From the IMG/VR virus record IMGVR_UViG_3300020469_003235, positions 1,674 to 65,673 of that record: a stretch of 64,000 nt of DNA; one strand, written 5' to 3'. This DNA comes from a virus. Lineage: Duplodnaviria; Caudoviricetes. Below the pieces are notes generated by a model, which was not told where the DNA came from, ran no database searches, and worked only from the letters and a program-made list of their open reading frames with translations. Shown in pieces: positions 28,331 to 37,283 of the stretch. Both the position numbers and the translations under genes were made by a program. How positions within the stretch are numbered: position 1 is the stretch's first letter; each line of letters starts with the position of its first letter.

Positions 28331-28814
28331 AGGTAAATGCCCTGTACTATGGGACGAAGGATACAAATATTTTAATTACGTTAGACAACCTATTACAGGT
28401 GCTGAGTCTGATACGTGGCGTGAGCAAGGTTATACGCATGAAACTACAACAGGTAAAATGTATGACAGTCGTAATCCTATGCCTGACTATGCTGAACAAG
28501 TTGCACAATTATTAAACTTAAAAAACTGTGGATTTGTATTTTATAAAATGGATACATTAGATATTATGCCTACCCATGTTGATCATTATAATACATATTG
28601 TAAAGTTTTTAATCAGAAGCATGAAGATGTAAGACGTGCTATTGTATTCTTAGAAGATTGGAAACCAGGACACTACTTTGAAGTAGATAGTACTGCACTT
28701 GTAAATTGGAAAGCAGGTGAGTTTGTTTTATGGCATCCTGAAGTACCACATGCGGCCAGCAACATTGGTGTTGATTCAAGATACACTTTACAGATTACTG
28801 GCACCTACTGGTAA
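28320..28814 (+). CDS. 2OG/cupin dioxygenase-like protein
   Basis: IMPTHVD (HxD), FLEDWKPGH, PHAASNIG, RYTLQITG. Confidence 0.65.
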   Translation: MWTKGKCPVLWDEGYKYFNYVRQPITGAESDTWREQGYTHETTTGKMYDSRNPMPDYAEQVAQLLNLKNCGFVFYKMDTLDIMPTHVDHYNTYCKVFNQKHEDVRRAIVFLEDWKPGHYFEVDSTALVNWKAGEFVLWHPEVPHAASNIGVDSRYTLQITGTYW

Positions 28815-29836
28815 TGTTTTCACAAGATATTTTCTGGGGTAACTTACCTGTTAAGTCTACCAAGTTAGGCTCAATGTTTAATGAACTGTTTGAACATTGG
28901 TTTCCTAAAGAGCCTTTTATTATTTTTACTGGTACAAACAAAATAAACTTTGATAAGTTTCCTCTTACTCCTAAGATAGCAAAGAAACTTAAAACACTCA
29001 GCATATATTTGTACGAGCCGTTAAGTTTATACGAAGTTGGCAAAAAGCATAACAGAGATTTCTTTAGTGAATTCAAAGGTGGTGAAAATCTTTATGCTGA
29101 TGAGTTAGACAGTATATTAGCATTTAGTGAAACACTAAAAGATGTAGAGATTACTGTATACACCTGTGATTATAATGTAGAGAAACATATAAAAGATTAT
29201 CCGTTTAAACTAAAATGCTTTGATATATTTTTACGCAATCAGTTTAATGGCGGTGTGCTTACAGTTAATAATGATATTGACAAACACTTTATCTGTCCTA
29301 ATTGGCGTTACAGTTTACACAGACGCTTAATAATAGAACACCTACAAGACACTCCAGGTTATTATAGTTGGGCGTTTAGTAATCCTCCATTAAGTATTGA
29401 TACAGAATTACAAAGTGTAGATCCTGCACATAAAAAATGGCCTGAAGGAAACTTAAATGGTCCAGCAGGACTATCTAAGTATTACGCAAAGAGTTTTTGT
29501 GTAGTTGCAAACGAAACACGCTTCTATCAACCAACAGGAAATTTTAGTGAAAAAACTGTTAATGCAATGATACACAAACGCCCGTTTGTTTGCGTTGCTC
29601 CGCCTTACACATTAGAATATATCCGCAAGTTAGGATTTAAAACATTCAGTTGGGACGAAAGTTATGATACTGAAGAAGACCATATCAAACGTATGAATAA
29701 AATACGTTACTTGTTAGATAGTATAAAATTAATGAGTATTGAGCAGTGTAAAGATATGCTTATTGAAATGGACGATGTGCTTACACACAATCAAACACTT
29801 GCGGCTAAGGTTTACAAGAATCATAAAATTCTTTAA
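28814..29836 (+). CDS. glycosyltransferase-like hypothetical protein
   Basis: C-terminal FCVVANET..FSEKT..KRPFV..LGFKTF resembles the GT-B/GT10-like SEK motif. Confidence 0.4.
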   Translation: MFSQDIFWGNLPVKSTKLGSMFNELFEHWFPKEPFIIFTGTNKINFDKFPLTPKIAKKLKTLSIYLYEPLSLYEVGKKHNRDFFSEFKGGENLYADELDSILAFSETLKDVEITVYTCDYNVEKHIKDYPFKLKCFDIFLRNQFNGGVLTVNNDIDKHFICPNWRYSLHRRLIIEHLQDTPGYYSWAFSNPPLSIDTELQSVDPAHKKWPEGNLNGPAGLSKYYAKSFCVVANETRFYQPTGNFSEKTVNAMIHKRPFVCVAPPYTLEYIRKLGFKTFSWDESYDTEEDHIKRMNKIRYLLDSIKLMSIEQCKDMLIEMDDVLTHNQTLAAKVYKNHKIL

Positions 29837-31172
29837 GTTCAGGAAACGTTTCAACAAGGTTGCTATTGCTACGTTTGTCATATTGCGTAAACCAATTGTA
29901 AAAAGTTTTACGTCCTATTGCTAACTTCTTATCATCATAGGTAGTTGTACGCATATAGTCTACAACACGTCTAAAACGCTCATACTCCAACAAACTAAAC
30001 TTATGGCGGTCACTGTCATCAACGTTATCTCCGATGTACTGTAGGTGCCTTGTCATGTACGGAATGAACTGTTCTTTAGGCAATATGTTCATGTCAAACT
30101 GTATTGGCTCTTTTAAGTACGGAGTATCAAATCTAATGTTTTGCCATTGTATACCTGCATTTGCTCTTGTGTATTTTTTACGCCATTCAAGTATTTTCTT
30201 AAGAAGCAAATCAAAACTTGTTACAGCAAACAAATTGAATGTAATCATAAACGTTACAGGATAACCAAGTTCAGTTAGATAGTAATCTAAATTCTTTTCC
30301 CATAGTTCAATATCTAATCCACGTCTTGTATATTCTGCTTTAGGTCCCCAAGTGTCTATGCTTGTGTATAGTTTGAAACTTCTTATACAGTTCTTTGCTT
30401 TAAGTTCTTTCACACGTTCTACAAGTTTGTGTACAAGAGATTCCTTAACACCCATGTTACTGTTTACTTCAATTTGTATATGAGGTTTAGGATTTGCTTC
30501 AAGTTCATCAAACAAACGCCAAGTACTTTTGTGCATTAAAGGTTCGCCACCAGTAATACGTAAGATGTTTAGTGTCTTACTAACTTCAGGCCACCACTTC
30601 CACCATGCTTCTACATATGGATTAGTTTCTTCTTCATAAAGTTCAAACCAATCAATGTCATTACGGTGTGCTGATACATCTGTGTACGGACCTTCTTTTT
30701 TAATTTCATTAAAGTATCTACTACTAAATTTAGGGTGACAGTATCCGCATTTAAAATTACATTCATTACTAAAGTTTACTTCAATGTATTCAGGATTAAT
30801 ATTATAATCCCACGGATTGTTTTTTATCTCTTCGATACGTTTAGGTGTGTATATACTTGTTGTTTTAATATGCCTATCACTGATGTAGTCTTTACCCATA
30901 CATTCAATGTTCCAACAATATTGACAACCGCTTGGCTTCTCTCCGGCAAGCATTTGTTTACGTTCTTGTTTCTTTTGCGGAGTATTATGTAATTGACTTG
31001 GATTATCAATTAAACCTTCGAGTGGTATTTTATGCGGAGCAGGGTGATAACAACTGTGTGTTTCTCCTGTTTGCAAATATATTGTTACATGGTGCCATTT
31101 AGCCAAGCAGAATGTAGGCGAGATTTTATCTGCCTCTGGCATTATTTTTTTAATTTGTTCTACTTCGCTCAT
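29805..31172 (-). CDS. radical SAM enzyme with N-terminal twitch-like domain (type B)
   Basis: FCLAKW..THSCYH..CQYC then CNFKCGYC, TGGEP, NSN, SIDT. Confidence 0.85.
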   Translation of the reverse strand: MSEVEQIKKIMPEADKISPTFCLAKWHHVTIYLQTGETHSCYHPAPHKIPLEGLIDNPSQLHNTPQKKQERKQMLAGEKPSGCQYCWNIECMGKDYISDRHIKTTSIYTPKRIEEIKNNPWDYNINPEYIEVNFSNECNFKCGYCHPKFSSRYFNEIKKEGPYTDVSAHRNDIDWFELYEEETNPYVEAWWKWWPEVSKTLNILRITGGEPLMHKSTWRLFDELEANPKPHIQIEVNSNMGVKESLVHKLVERVKELKAKNCIRSFKLYTSIDTWGPKAEYTRRGLDIELWEKNLDYYLTELGYPVTFMITFNLFAVTSFDLLLKKILEWRKKYTRANAGIQWQNIRFDTPYLKEPIQFDMNILPKEQFIPYMTRHLQYIGDNVDDSDRHKFSLLEYERFRRVVDYMRTTTYDDKKLAIGRKTFYNWFTQYDKRSNSNLVETFPELKEFYDSCKP

Positions 31173-31414
31173 TGAATCCAGTTATAAATTCCACGCATGG
31201 CAAGTACCAAATAAAATAATTCCATTAATGCTCTTGGTGTGTCACCATCTTTCCAACCCATATAAATCCAAATGATGCAACTAAAACATGCAACACCCCA
31301 GCCTATGGCTTGCCAAGAAGGATCACCTCCACTTAAAATAAATGCAGACGCCATAGCAAGAAAAAATCCTAACCATCGCCATCCGTTAATATTATGATAG
31401 TATCTAATTTTCAT
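31169..31414 (-). CDS. small 3-TM membrane protein (PnuC/SemiSWEET-like size)
   Basis: 81 aa, three hydrophobic stretches, ends GIYNW. Confidence 0.5.
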   Translation of the reverse strand: MKIRYYHNINGWRWLGFFLAMASAFILSGGDPSWQAIGWGVACFSCIIWIYMGWKDGDTPRALMELFYLVLAMRGIYNWIQ

Positions 31415-32304
31415 TTTCGTCTAATTACCCTATCTCCGTTTACATAAACATGTTTAAAAAACTTGCTTTGCTCTTTGTCTAATGCTCGTGTACTTATCGG
31501 TAAGTCAAATGCGTTTTGTAAATGTTCGCCAAGATTAAATATCTCTTCTTCACATTGTCCTTTGTCAAACGAATCGTACAAGTCATTCCAGTATTTGTTT
31601 AAGTATTCAAAATCTCTTGTCTGTGTATGGTCCCAATCAGTAAGCATTGTTTTATAACAACCCTCTCTTGCACCCATAATACTCCATAATCCATTTGTAA
31701 CATCTGCACCCACTTGCATCCACACCAGTAATCTATGATAATTCTGCCACCATAGTTCACTAAAGTCTTTAATAACTTTACCTTGATCTAAACTCATCTT
31801 AACACCCTCACGGAAACCTGCTCTCCATGCTTGTTGTGGTGTTGAACTTATAATACTTGTTGAGTAGTTTTGATTAAGTTGATAGTAGTTGTCAAAGTAA
31901 CAAAACTCAATACTTGTTTGATCAGTTCCGTCTGTGTTTTCATGTGTTTGCATATTCTTAACAAACTCTTTAGTCCACATTTTTAAACTGCCGTTACCAT
32001 ACATTAGTCCGTTGACATCAATTTTACCACACCAACTAAACTGGTAATCATCATCTACACCTAATTTGTCTAAGTCTAACACTACTTCTATAAATTTAGG
32101 ATCAATAATAGTGTCACCGTCTACAGTAACAAAGTGTTTTGTATCGGATAAGTCTGCACAGGCTTTGTGTGCGGCGTCTGAACCTTCTACACCATGTACA
32201 CGTTTTGCCCACGGCACTTTGCGTTTTAGGTCTGCCCAGTTTTCTTCAGCATTAGGCTCGTCATAACTTAAAAAGATAATATCCTGTTCAGCGATTTTAA
32301 TCAT
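31411..32304 (-). CDS. GT-A fold glycosyltransferase-like protein
   Basis: DIIFLSYDE, AHKACA, FVTVDGD, YGNGSLK, WRAGFREGVKM; paralog of 23974-24663. Confidence 0.55.
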   Translation of the reverse strand: MIKIAEQDIIFLSYDEPNAEENWADLKRKVPWAKRVHGVEGSDAAHKACADLSDTKHFVTVDGDTIIDPKFIEVVLDLDKLGVDDDYQFSWCGKIDVNGLMYGNGSLKMWTKEFVKNMQTHENTDGTDQTSIEFCYFDNYYQLNQNYSTSIISSTPQQAWRAGFREGVKMSLDQGKVIKDFSELWWQNYHRLLVWMQVGADVTNGLWSIMGAREGCYKTMLTDWDHTQTRDFEYLNKYWNDLYDSFDKGQCEEEIFNLGEHLQNAFDLPISTRALDKEQSKFFKHVYVNGDRVIRRK

Positions 32305-32860
32305 TTATGACTCCTGTGCTATAACTATTGAACAACTTATTAGTATATAAGTCGTATTGTTTTATTATAACATCATCTTGGTCAAATTGCAAGTCTAAAT
32401 TTGCATCTGACAAGTTAAATTTTAATGTTCTATGCAGTTTATATGGATCGTTTTTATCTACAACACTAAAATTCTTAATCGTTTGTAGTGTTACAGTATT
32501 CTTTTCTAATGTTTTAGCAAATAGTGTACCAAACTGTAGTTGCCATGTTTTAGTTTTGTAATTTTTAATAACATTAATGTCTGCTTCTATATTATTAGGT
32601 ATCTTGTATATACTATTGTTAACATTGTATTCAAAACGTTCTTCTTCATGTACATTAACAAGTTCATACATGGTTGATGTTGGATTAAATTGAACTTTAT
32701 AGTGTAAGAAGTTTTCCGAGCCGTCTAATAGTCCTGCTACTGCTTTTGGATCTACTTCAATATGCTGTTTTGTTGGGTATGAAGTAATCGTTAGGATACT
32801 TCCTGTCTTAGAATCAAACTCTATATATGTTTGTACTTCATCTTTATGCATATCTGTCAT
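32297..32860 (-). CDS. hypothetical protein
   Basis: ORF tiling the operon; start likely 32860. Confidence 0.55.
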   Translation of the reverse strand: MTDMHKDEVQTYIEFDSKTGSILTITSYPTKQHIEVDPKAVAGLLDGSENFLHYKVQFNPTSTMYELVNVHEEERFEYNVNNSIYKIPNNIEADINVIKNYKTKTWQLQFGTLFAKTLEKNTVTLQTIKNFSVVDKNDPYKLHRTLKFNLSDANLDLQFDQDDVIIKQYDLYTNKLFNSYSTGVIND

Positions 32861-33653
32861 AAAACTTATCCGTAAAATCTTTTTCAGTGTAATGAAACAC
32901 TGTATCTTGTAAATGACCACCAACTCTTAACTGTGCTTCATTGTTAACAAAACAACTTACACGATCTTGCCATTTCTTTGTTTGTGTTTTCCATGTTTGT
33001 ACATAAGGTTTCATATGTACAAAAGTTGGAAACGCTAAAGTCTTGTTTGTAACTTTGTTTTCTACACCTAACATCTTAATTGCAATACTTGTACATACAT
33101 CTACACTGGCAATCTTTTGCATACGCTTGGGTGCATACTTTTCATAACACTCTTCCCAGTGTTTCATTGTGTATTCTAATGCATGATAAAACTCTTTTGC
33201 AAAGTCAGACTTTTTAAAGTAGTGCAATGCAACATAAATGTTGGGTAAGTTGTTTGCTTCAAACATTTTCCTATAATATGTTGCATTAAGTTTACATTGT
33301 TTATAATCTGTAACGTTTGTTGTATAGAAAACTTCATAATTTTGCATTAAGTTCCACCAATTAGATAAGTTATGACACACTAACATGTCTGTGTCTAATA
33401 CAAATGTACTGTCATATGGACATGCATGGTATATCTTCCAACGGTTTTGAACTTTCCACTTGTGTTCTTCTGCTTTATCTTCCCACGGTATAGGTACAAT
33501 ATCATCGAATAGTTCTGTACGCTCTACATTGTCATTAGTAATTAAACAAATCTTACTATCTGGATTAGTTTTCCTAATACTCAATGCTAATAATTCTGCT
33601 TGACGTATATAATTGTATTCACTATTTTGTGCAAGGAAAGTAAAATTAGGCAT
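32844..33653 (-). CDS. GT8-like glycosyltransferase
   Basis: LALSIRKTN..ICLIT, CPYDSTFVLDTDML (DxD), FVHMK. Confidence 0.6.
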   Translation of the reverse strand: MPNFTFLAQNSEYNYIRQAELLALSIRKTNPDSKICLITNDNVERTELFDDIVPIPWEDKAEEHKWKVQNRWKIYHACPYDSTFVLDTDMLVCHNLSNWWNLMQNYEVFYTTNVTDYKQCKLNATYYRKMFEANNLPNIYVALHYFKKSDFAKEFYHALEYTMKHWEECYEKYAPKRMQKIASVDVCTSIAIKMLGVENKVTNKTLAFPTFVHMKPYVQTWKTQTKKWQDRVSCFVNNEAQLRVGGHLQDTVFHYTEKDFTDKFYDRYA

Positions 33654-34467
33654 TAGCAATTTCCCTTCCTAAACTAAACTTGTTCATTATATGTAAATTT
33701 ATACCTTGTGTACGAATTAACGTATATTCTCCTATACGATCTTGTTTTTCTACAAGTAGTGTAAATGAATCGTCTTTAATTTTTTGTAATATATCTTTGC
33801 CTGTACTATAAACCATTTTACCGGGTAATTCTTTTGTATACCCCATAATATGATTTGCAATACTAAATGCAATATCATTTCTAAATACTGTTGTTGTAAC
33901 TTGATACAAGTTACGATAGTGTTCGTAATGTTCTTTTATATGTTTTACAAGATTAAAAAATGCTTCATTGCGATCTGACTTATCAAATATAATACATGTC
34001 GCCCACCAAAAGTCTATTGATGTTTCACTAATTAATTCAAACTCACTTGTATCTCTCCAACCACTAATATCCATTGACTTTTTATACATCATAAGTTCGT
34101 GCGGTAACGTCATTGCATGTGCAAGTAAATCATTGCTTACAATGTAGTCAGTGTCTAACACTAAAGTTCTATCATAAGGAGTTAAGTCGTAACTATCACT
34201 TCTATTAAAGTTTTTAAACTCTAATACTTTTTTAGATAAACTTCCGTCTTGATATGTTTTACGATTTTTATATTCTATAGATGATGAAACAATTTTATCA
34301 AATACTTCTTTTCCGTTGTAAAATTTTACAACACGTTCTACATCATCTGTTACAAGTGTGGTAGGTAAGTTTAAGTACTTTTTAATTCTCTTTGCAAGGA
34401 ACCGAGCCTGCGATACGTAATCAACTTGCTCATTATTGAATGCAAATAAAAGTACTCCACTATTCAT
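33646..34467 (-). CDS. GT8-like glycosyltransferase
   Basis: GVLLFAFNN, TPYDRTLVLDTDY (DxD), FRNDIAFS, HIMNK; paralog of downstream gene. Confidence 0.6.
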   Translation of the reverse strand: MNSGVLLFAFNNEQVDYVSQARFLAKRIKKYLNLPTTLVTDDVERVVKFYNGKEVFDKIVSSSIEYKNRKTYQDGSLSKKVLEFKNFNRSDSYDLTPYDRTLVLDTDYIVSNDLLAHAMTLPHELMMYKKSMDISGWRDTSEFELISETSIDFWWATCIIFDKSDRNEAFFNLVKHIKEHYEHYRNLYQVTTTVFRNDIAFSIANHIMGYTKELPGKMVYSTGKDILQKIKDDSFTLLVEKQDRIGEYTLIRTQGINLHIMNKFSLGREIANA

Positions 34468-34807
34468 TAACCAATCCATCTACAGATCTACTTGTTTCAA
34501 GTTTGCTGTAGTCTTTATGATAGTTGTTTAGTGCAACATAATATTTGTCTGTAATATTATCGTAAAAATCTGATATGTCATCAATAAAGATAGGAGTGTC
34601 AGTGTCATCAATTAACACAGATGAATCTTGATCAGTTGACTGTAATGTGTAAACATAGTTAATCAACTCTTTGTTAATTGTAAATTGTCCGCCTTGAAAG
34701 AAGTATATAGACTCTGTAACAAACTTTTCCTTCAAAACTCTCCTTTGGTTATTAAGAGTTGCGGAATAGTTTCCAAATTCTAAGGCTTTTGATAGTTTCT
34801 CGTCCAT
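34460..34807 (-). CDS. hypothetical phage protein
   Basis: 115-aa ORF; TAAATA (34813-34818, - strand) 5 nt upstream, no SD. Confidence 0.7.
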   Translation of the reverse strand: MDEKLSKALEFGNYSATLNNQRRVLKEKFVTESIYFFQGGQFTINKELINYVYTLQSTDQDSSVLIDDTDTPIFIDDISDFYDNITDKYYVALNNYHKDYSKLETSRSVDGLVNE

Positions 34808-34833
34808 AGTAATATTTACTATGTAATTAGAGA

Positions 34834-35754
34834 TTAAAGAGTATTTGTGGTATTAAATGTAGGAGAAGTTAAAGAAACTCTTGATCCTGTAGGCAGTCTT
34901 TCGCCAACTACACTTTGTAGTGTACCTGTTACTGATTCATCTTGCGGGTTAAATGCACCATCGTTGTTTGTGTCATCACCTACATCATCATCTCTGAATT
35001 GAATAGTAAATTGGATTGTAGTTGAATTAAGTTCTTTTGCTTTGATATTATAATCGTTTTCAGTATAAACACCTGTACCATCTTTTTGGAATATAAGTTG
35101 GTCTGTAGCAGTCATATCAAAGTTACCAATGTTAAATGACGTCCCTGGTGAACTTCCAACTGATGTACAGTTTTCTGATTTAAATAATACTGTTCCCATG
35201 TTTGCTAACAATGAATTCCAATCGTTGTTCTTACCATTTGAAGACGCTGGATCTAAATCAGCAGTAAATCTAATTTCACCGCCTGCATTAAAAAAGTGTC
35301 TACGTACATCTGCTGAAGCAAAAGTTACTGTTGCAATATGATCAACTATTCCTGACCATGAATTTGTTCTTGATGTATTTGTTTTGTTTGCTGTAATTGT
35401 GCTTTGTGAAGTATCAGCAGTATAAATTACGTCTTTGTTTGTTTCAATTAGTGTTGCTAAATCTTCGTATTGTAAGATACCTTTTGCAGTACCTGTGTCA
35501 GTAGCATCTTCTTCAATAACATCACCTGCCGAAATTGACGCTAATGAATTAGGAACACTACCTACTTGGTGTACTCTTGCATTAATCAAGTCAGTATAAA
35601 GCGTGGACATGTGTCCTGAATCAATAGTAGTGTCTGCCGCAACTTGCGAACTTGCTAAAACTTGTCCGTATCCGAACTGTCCAGCACCATTGCCCATTAC
35701 GTTTGCTACTGTTGACTGTAATGTATTATATCTTGCCGCTGTGATTATAGCCAT
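34834..35754 (-). CDS. virion structural protein (tail-associated)
   Basis: Thr/Gly/Asn-rich, RHFFNAGGEIRF motif; GAGG SD; in tail operon. Confidence 0.6.
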   Translation of the reverse strand: MAIITAARYNTLQSTVANVMGNGAGQFGYGQVLASSQVAADTTIDSGHMSTLYTDLINARVHQVGSVPNSLASISAGDVIEEDATDTGTAKGILQYEDLATLIETNKDVIYTADTSQSTITANKTNTSRTNSWSGIVDHIATVTFASADVRRHFFNAGGEIRFTADLDPASSNGKNNDWNSLLANMGTVLFKSENCTSVGSSPGTSFNIGNFDMTATDQLIFQKDGTGVYTENDYNIKAKELNSTTIQFTIQFRDDDVGDDTNNDGAFNPQDESVTGTLQSVVGERLPTGSRVSLTSPTFNTTNTL

Positions 35755-35771
35755 TTCTTACTTCCTCTATT

Positions 35772-37250
35772 CTATACTTTCAAGAATGTTTCTACTAATT
35801 TTTCTTCGTGTCTATCGTTTGACTCTAAAGCAATACCAATTAAGTCACCTTCGTCTGCTTTTTGTGCAGTACCGTTAGCGCCTACGTATAGTTTGTCGCC
35901 TTTGTTAACAGGTCCCATAACTCTTACTGGAACTCTACCTTTAAGTGCAACTGCTTGTCCGTCTGCTTCTGCATTCATTAAGTATGCAGGCTTAGAACTA
36001 ATAACACCAATTGGCATGTCTGTCATTGGGCACCAAGTTGCTTCACTACCTTCGTCAGCGCCTATTGTCATAATAGTTCCTACTGGATACTGATCGTCTG
36101 TTGTGTATTTCTCTGCCAAGTCAGCATATTTTGCTGAACTTGCAATACCTTGGAAGTTGTTAGCAAATAAGTCACCGTTTGAATCTCTAACTGCAACTGT
36201 ATCGTTAGTTGCTGATGTACTTGCTGTTCTATTATTAGATCCAACAACCATTGCGTTTGCACTTGTTGCTGTACCGTTAAATGTTGTTGCCCATACATCA
36301 CTAAATTTTAGTGAACTACTACCAATGTTAAATGTAGTATTAGCACCTGGGAAAATACCCTCTGCTTTAAACTGTACTGGCTCTGTTGATTGTGCTGACG
36401 AATTATCAACTTTAAATCTAATTACAGTACCAACATCGTTACTAATAACTGCTTGGTTTCCGTTTTCAATTTTAACTGATAAGTCATTTGAGTCACCAAC
36501 TGTATAACCTGCGTCTGCAAATCTTACAACTTCAGAAAATGAAGTTACTGCTCCTGGAACTGATACAACGTATTCGCTTGCCGCTCTACCGCCTAATTTC
36601 TCTGCGTTAGTTGCTGTACCCCAGAATCTATGTGCTGTTGATGTAACACCTTGCTGTGCATTAGTAGTATTCTTTAAAGTCATACCTTGATGAATTACAT
36701 CGAAACCTGTTATGGCGTTGTTCGGGACAGTTGAGTCGATTGTAAAGTCAGCGGCACTTAATACCACTACTATTTCATCATTGATAGTACCTTTAATTAC
36801 TGTTCTTTGTACGTTTGCAATGTCTGTTACTGAATCAGTAACAAATGATGTTGTTGTTGCACCTTGTGACTGTGGACCAATTAGTACAAATCCTGCACCA
36901 GTGTTCGCATACAACTGATTGTTTGCGTTATCCCACCAAAAGTCACCTTCTGTTAGTCCTGATGGTTGACTTGCACTTACTTCTGCTCCACCAGTTGTTC
37001 TAAATTTTGTTCCGTCATAGAACTTTAATTTGCTCGTTCCTGAGTCAAACCAAAGTTGACCGCTAATTGCTCTGGATGGTGCATTCGCACTTGAGAAGTT
37101 CTCAAGCAAATGAACGAAGTTTTCGTTCTGAATTTCGCCATATCCAGCGTAGTTTTTACCAACAAGTTTAAGATCAGTAGTTTGATTGACTGTGCCGTCT
37201 TCAACTACTGCAATCTGGCTACCGTCGGTTTTGTTAATAATGTATGCCAT
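35772..37250 (-). CDS. tail fibre protein with C-terminal chaperone-like domain
   Basis: Shared MAY.IN..ENF..LLENF..GQLW.D N-terminus; C-term YADLAEKY..GVIS..VALKGRVPV resembles autoproteolytic chaperone domains. Confidence 0.7.
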   Translation of the reverse strand: MAYIINKTDGSQIAVVEDGTVNQTTDLKLVGKNYAGYGEIQNENFVHLLENFSSANAPSRAISGQLWFDSGTSKLKFYDGTKFRTTGGAEVSASQPSGLTEGDFWWDNANNQLYANTGAGFVLIGPQSQGATTTSFVTDSVTDIANVQRTVIKGTINDEIVVVLSAADFTIDSTVPNNAITGFDVIHQGMTLKNTTNAQQGVTSTAHRFWGTATNAEKLGGRAASEYVVSVPGAVTSFSEVVRFADAGYTVGDSNDLSVKIENGNQAVISNDVGTVIRFKVDNSSAQSTEPVQFKAEGIFPGANTTFNIGSSSLKFSDVWATTFNGTATSANAMVVGSNNRTASTSATNDTVAVRDSNGDLFANNFQGIASSAKYADLAEKYTTDDQYPVGTIMTIGADEGSEATWCPMTDMPIGVISSKPAYLMNAEADGQAVALKGRVPVRVMGPVNKGDKLYVGANGTAQKADEGDLIGIALESNDRHEEKLVETFLKV

Positions 37251-37283
37251 AGTATATTACCCCTTCATTGTTAGTATTTATCG

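Noticed and set aside
10214-34467. Island as a 7-deazaguanine, molybdopterin or anaerobic RNR-activating pathway
   Set aside because: No QueC/QueD/FolE/DpdA, MoaC or NrdD partners recognised; the context is sugar-tailoring enzymes
10214-34467. Island as host chromosomal DNA or a chimeric join
   Set aside because: Similar AT-rich composition by eye, same TAAATA boxes as the tail genes, and it overlaps or abuts virion genes on both sides
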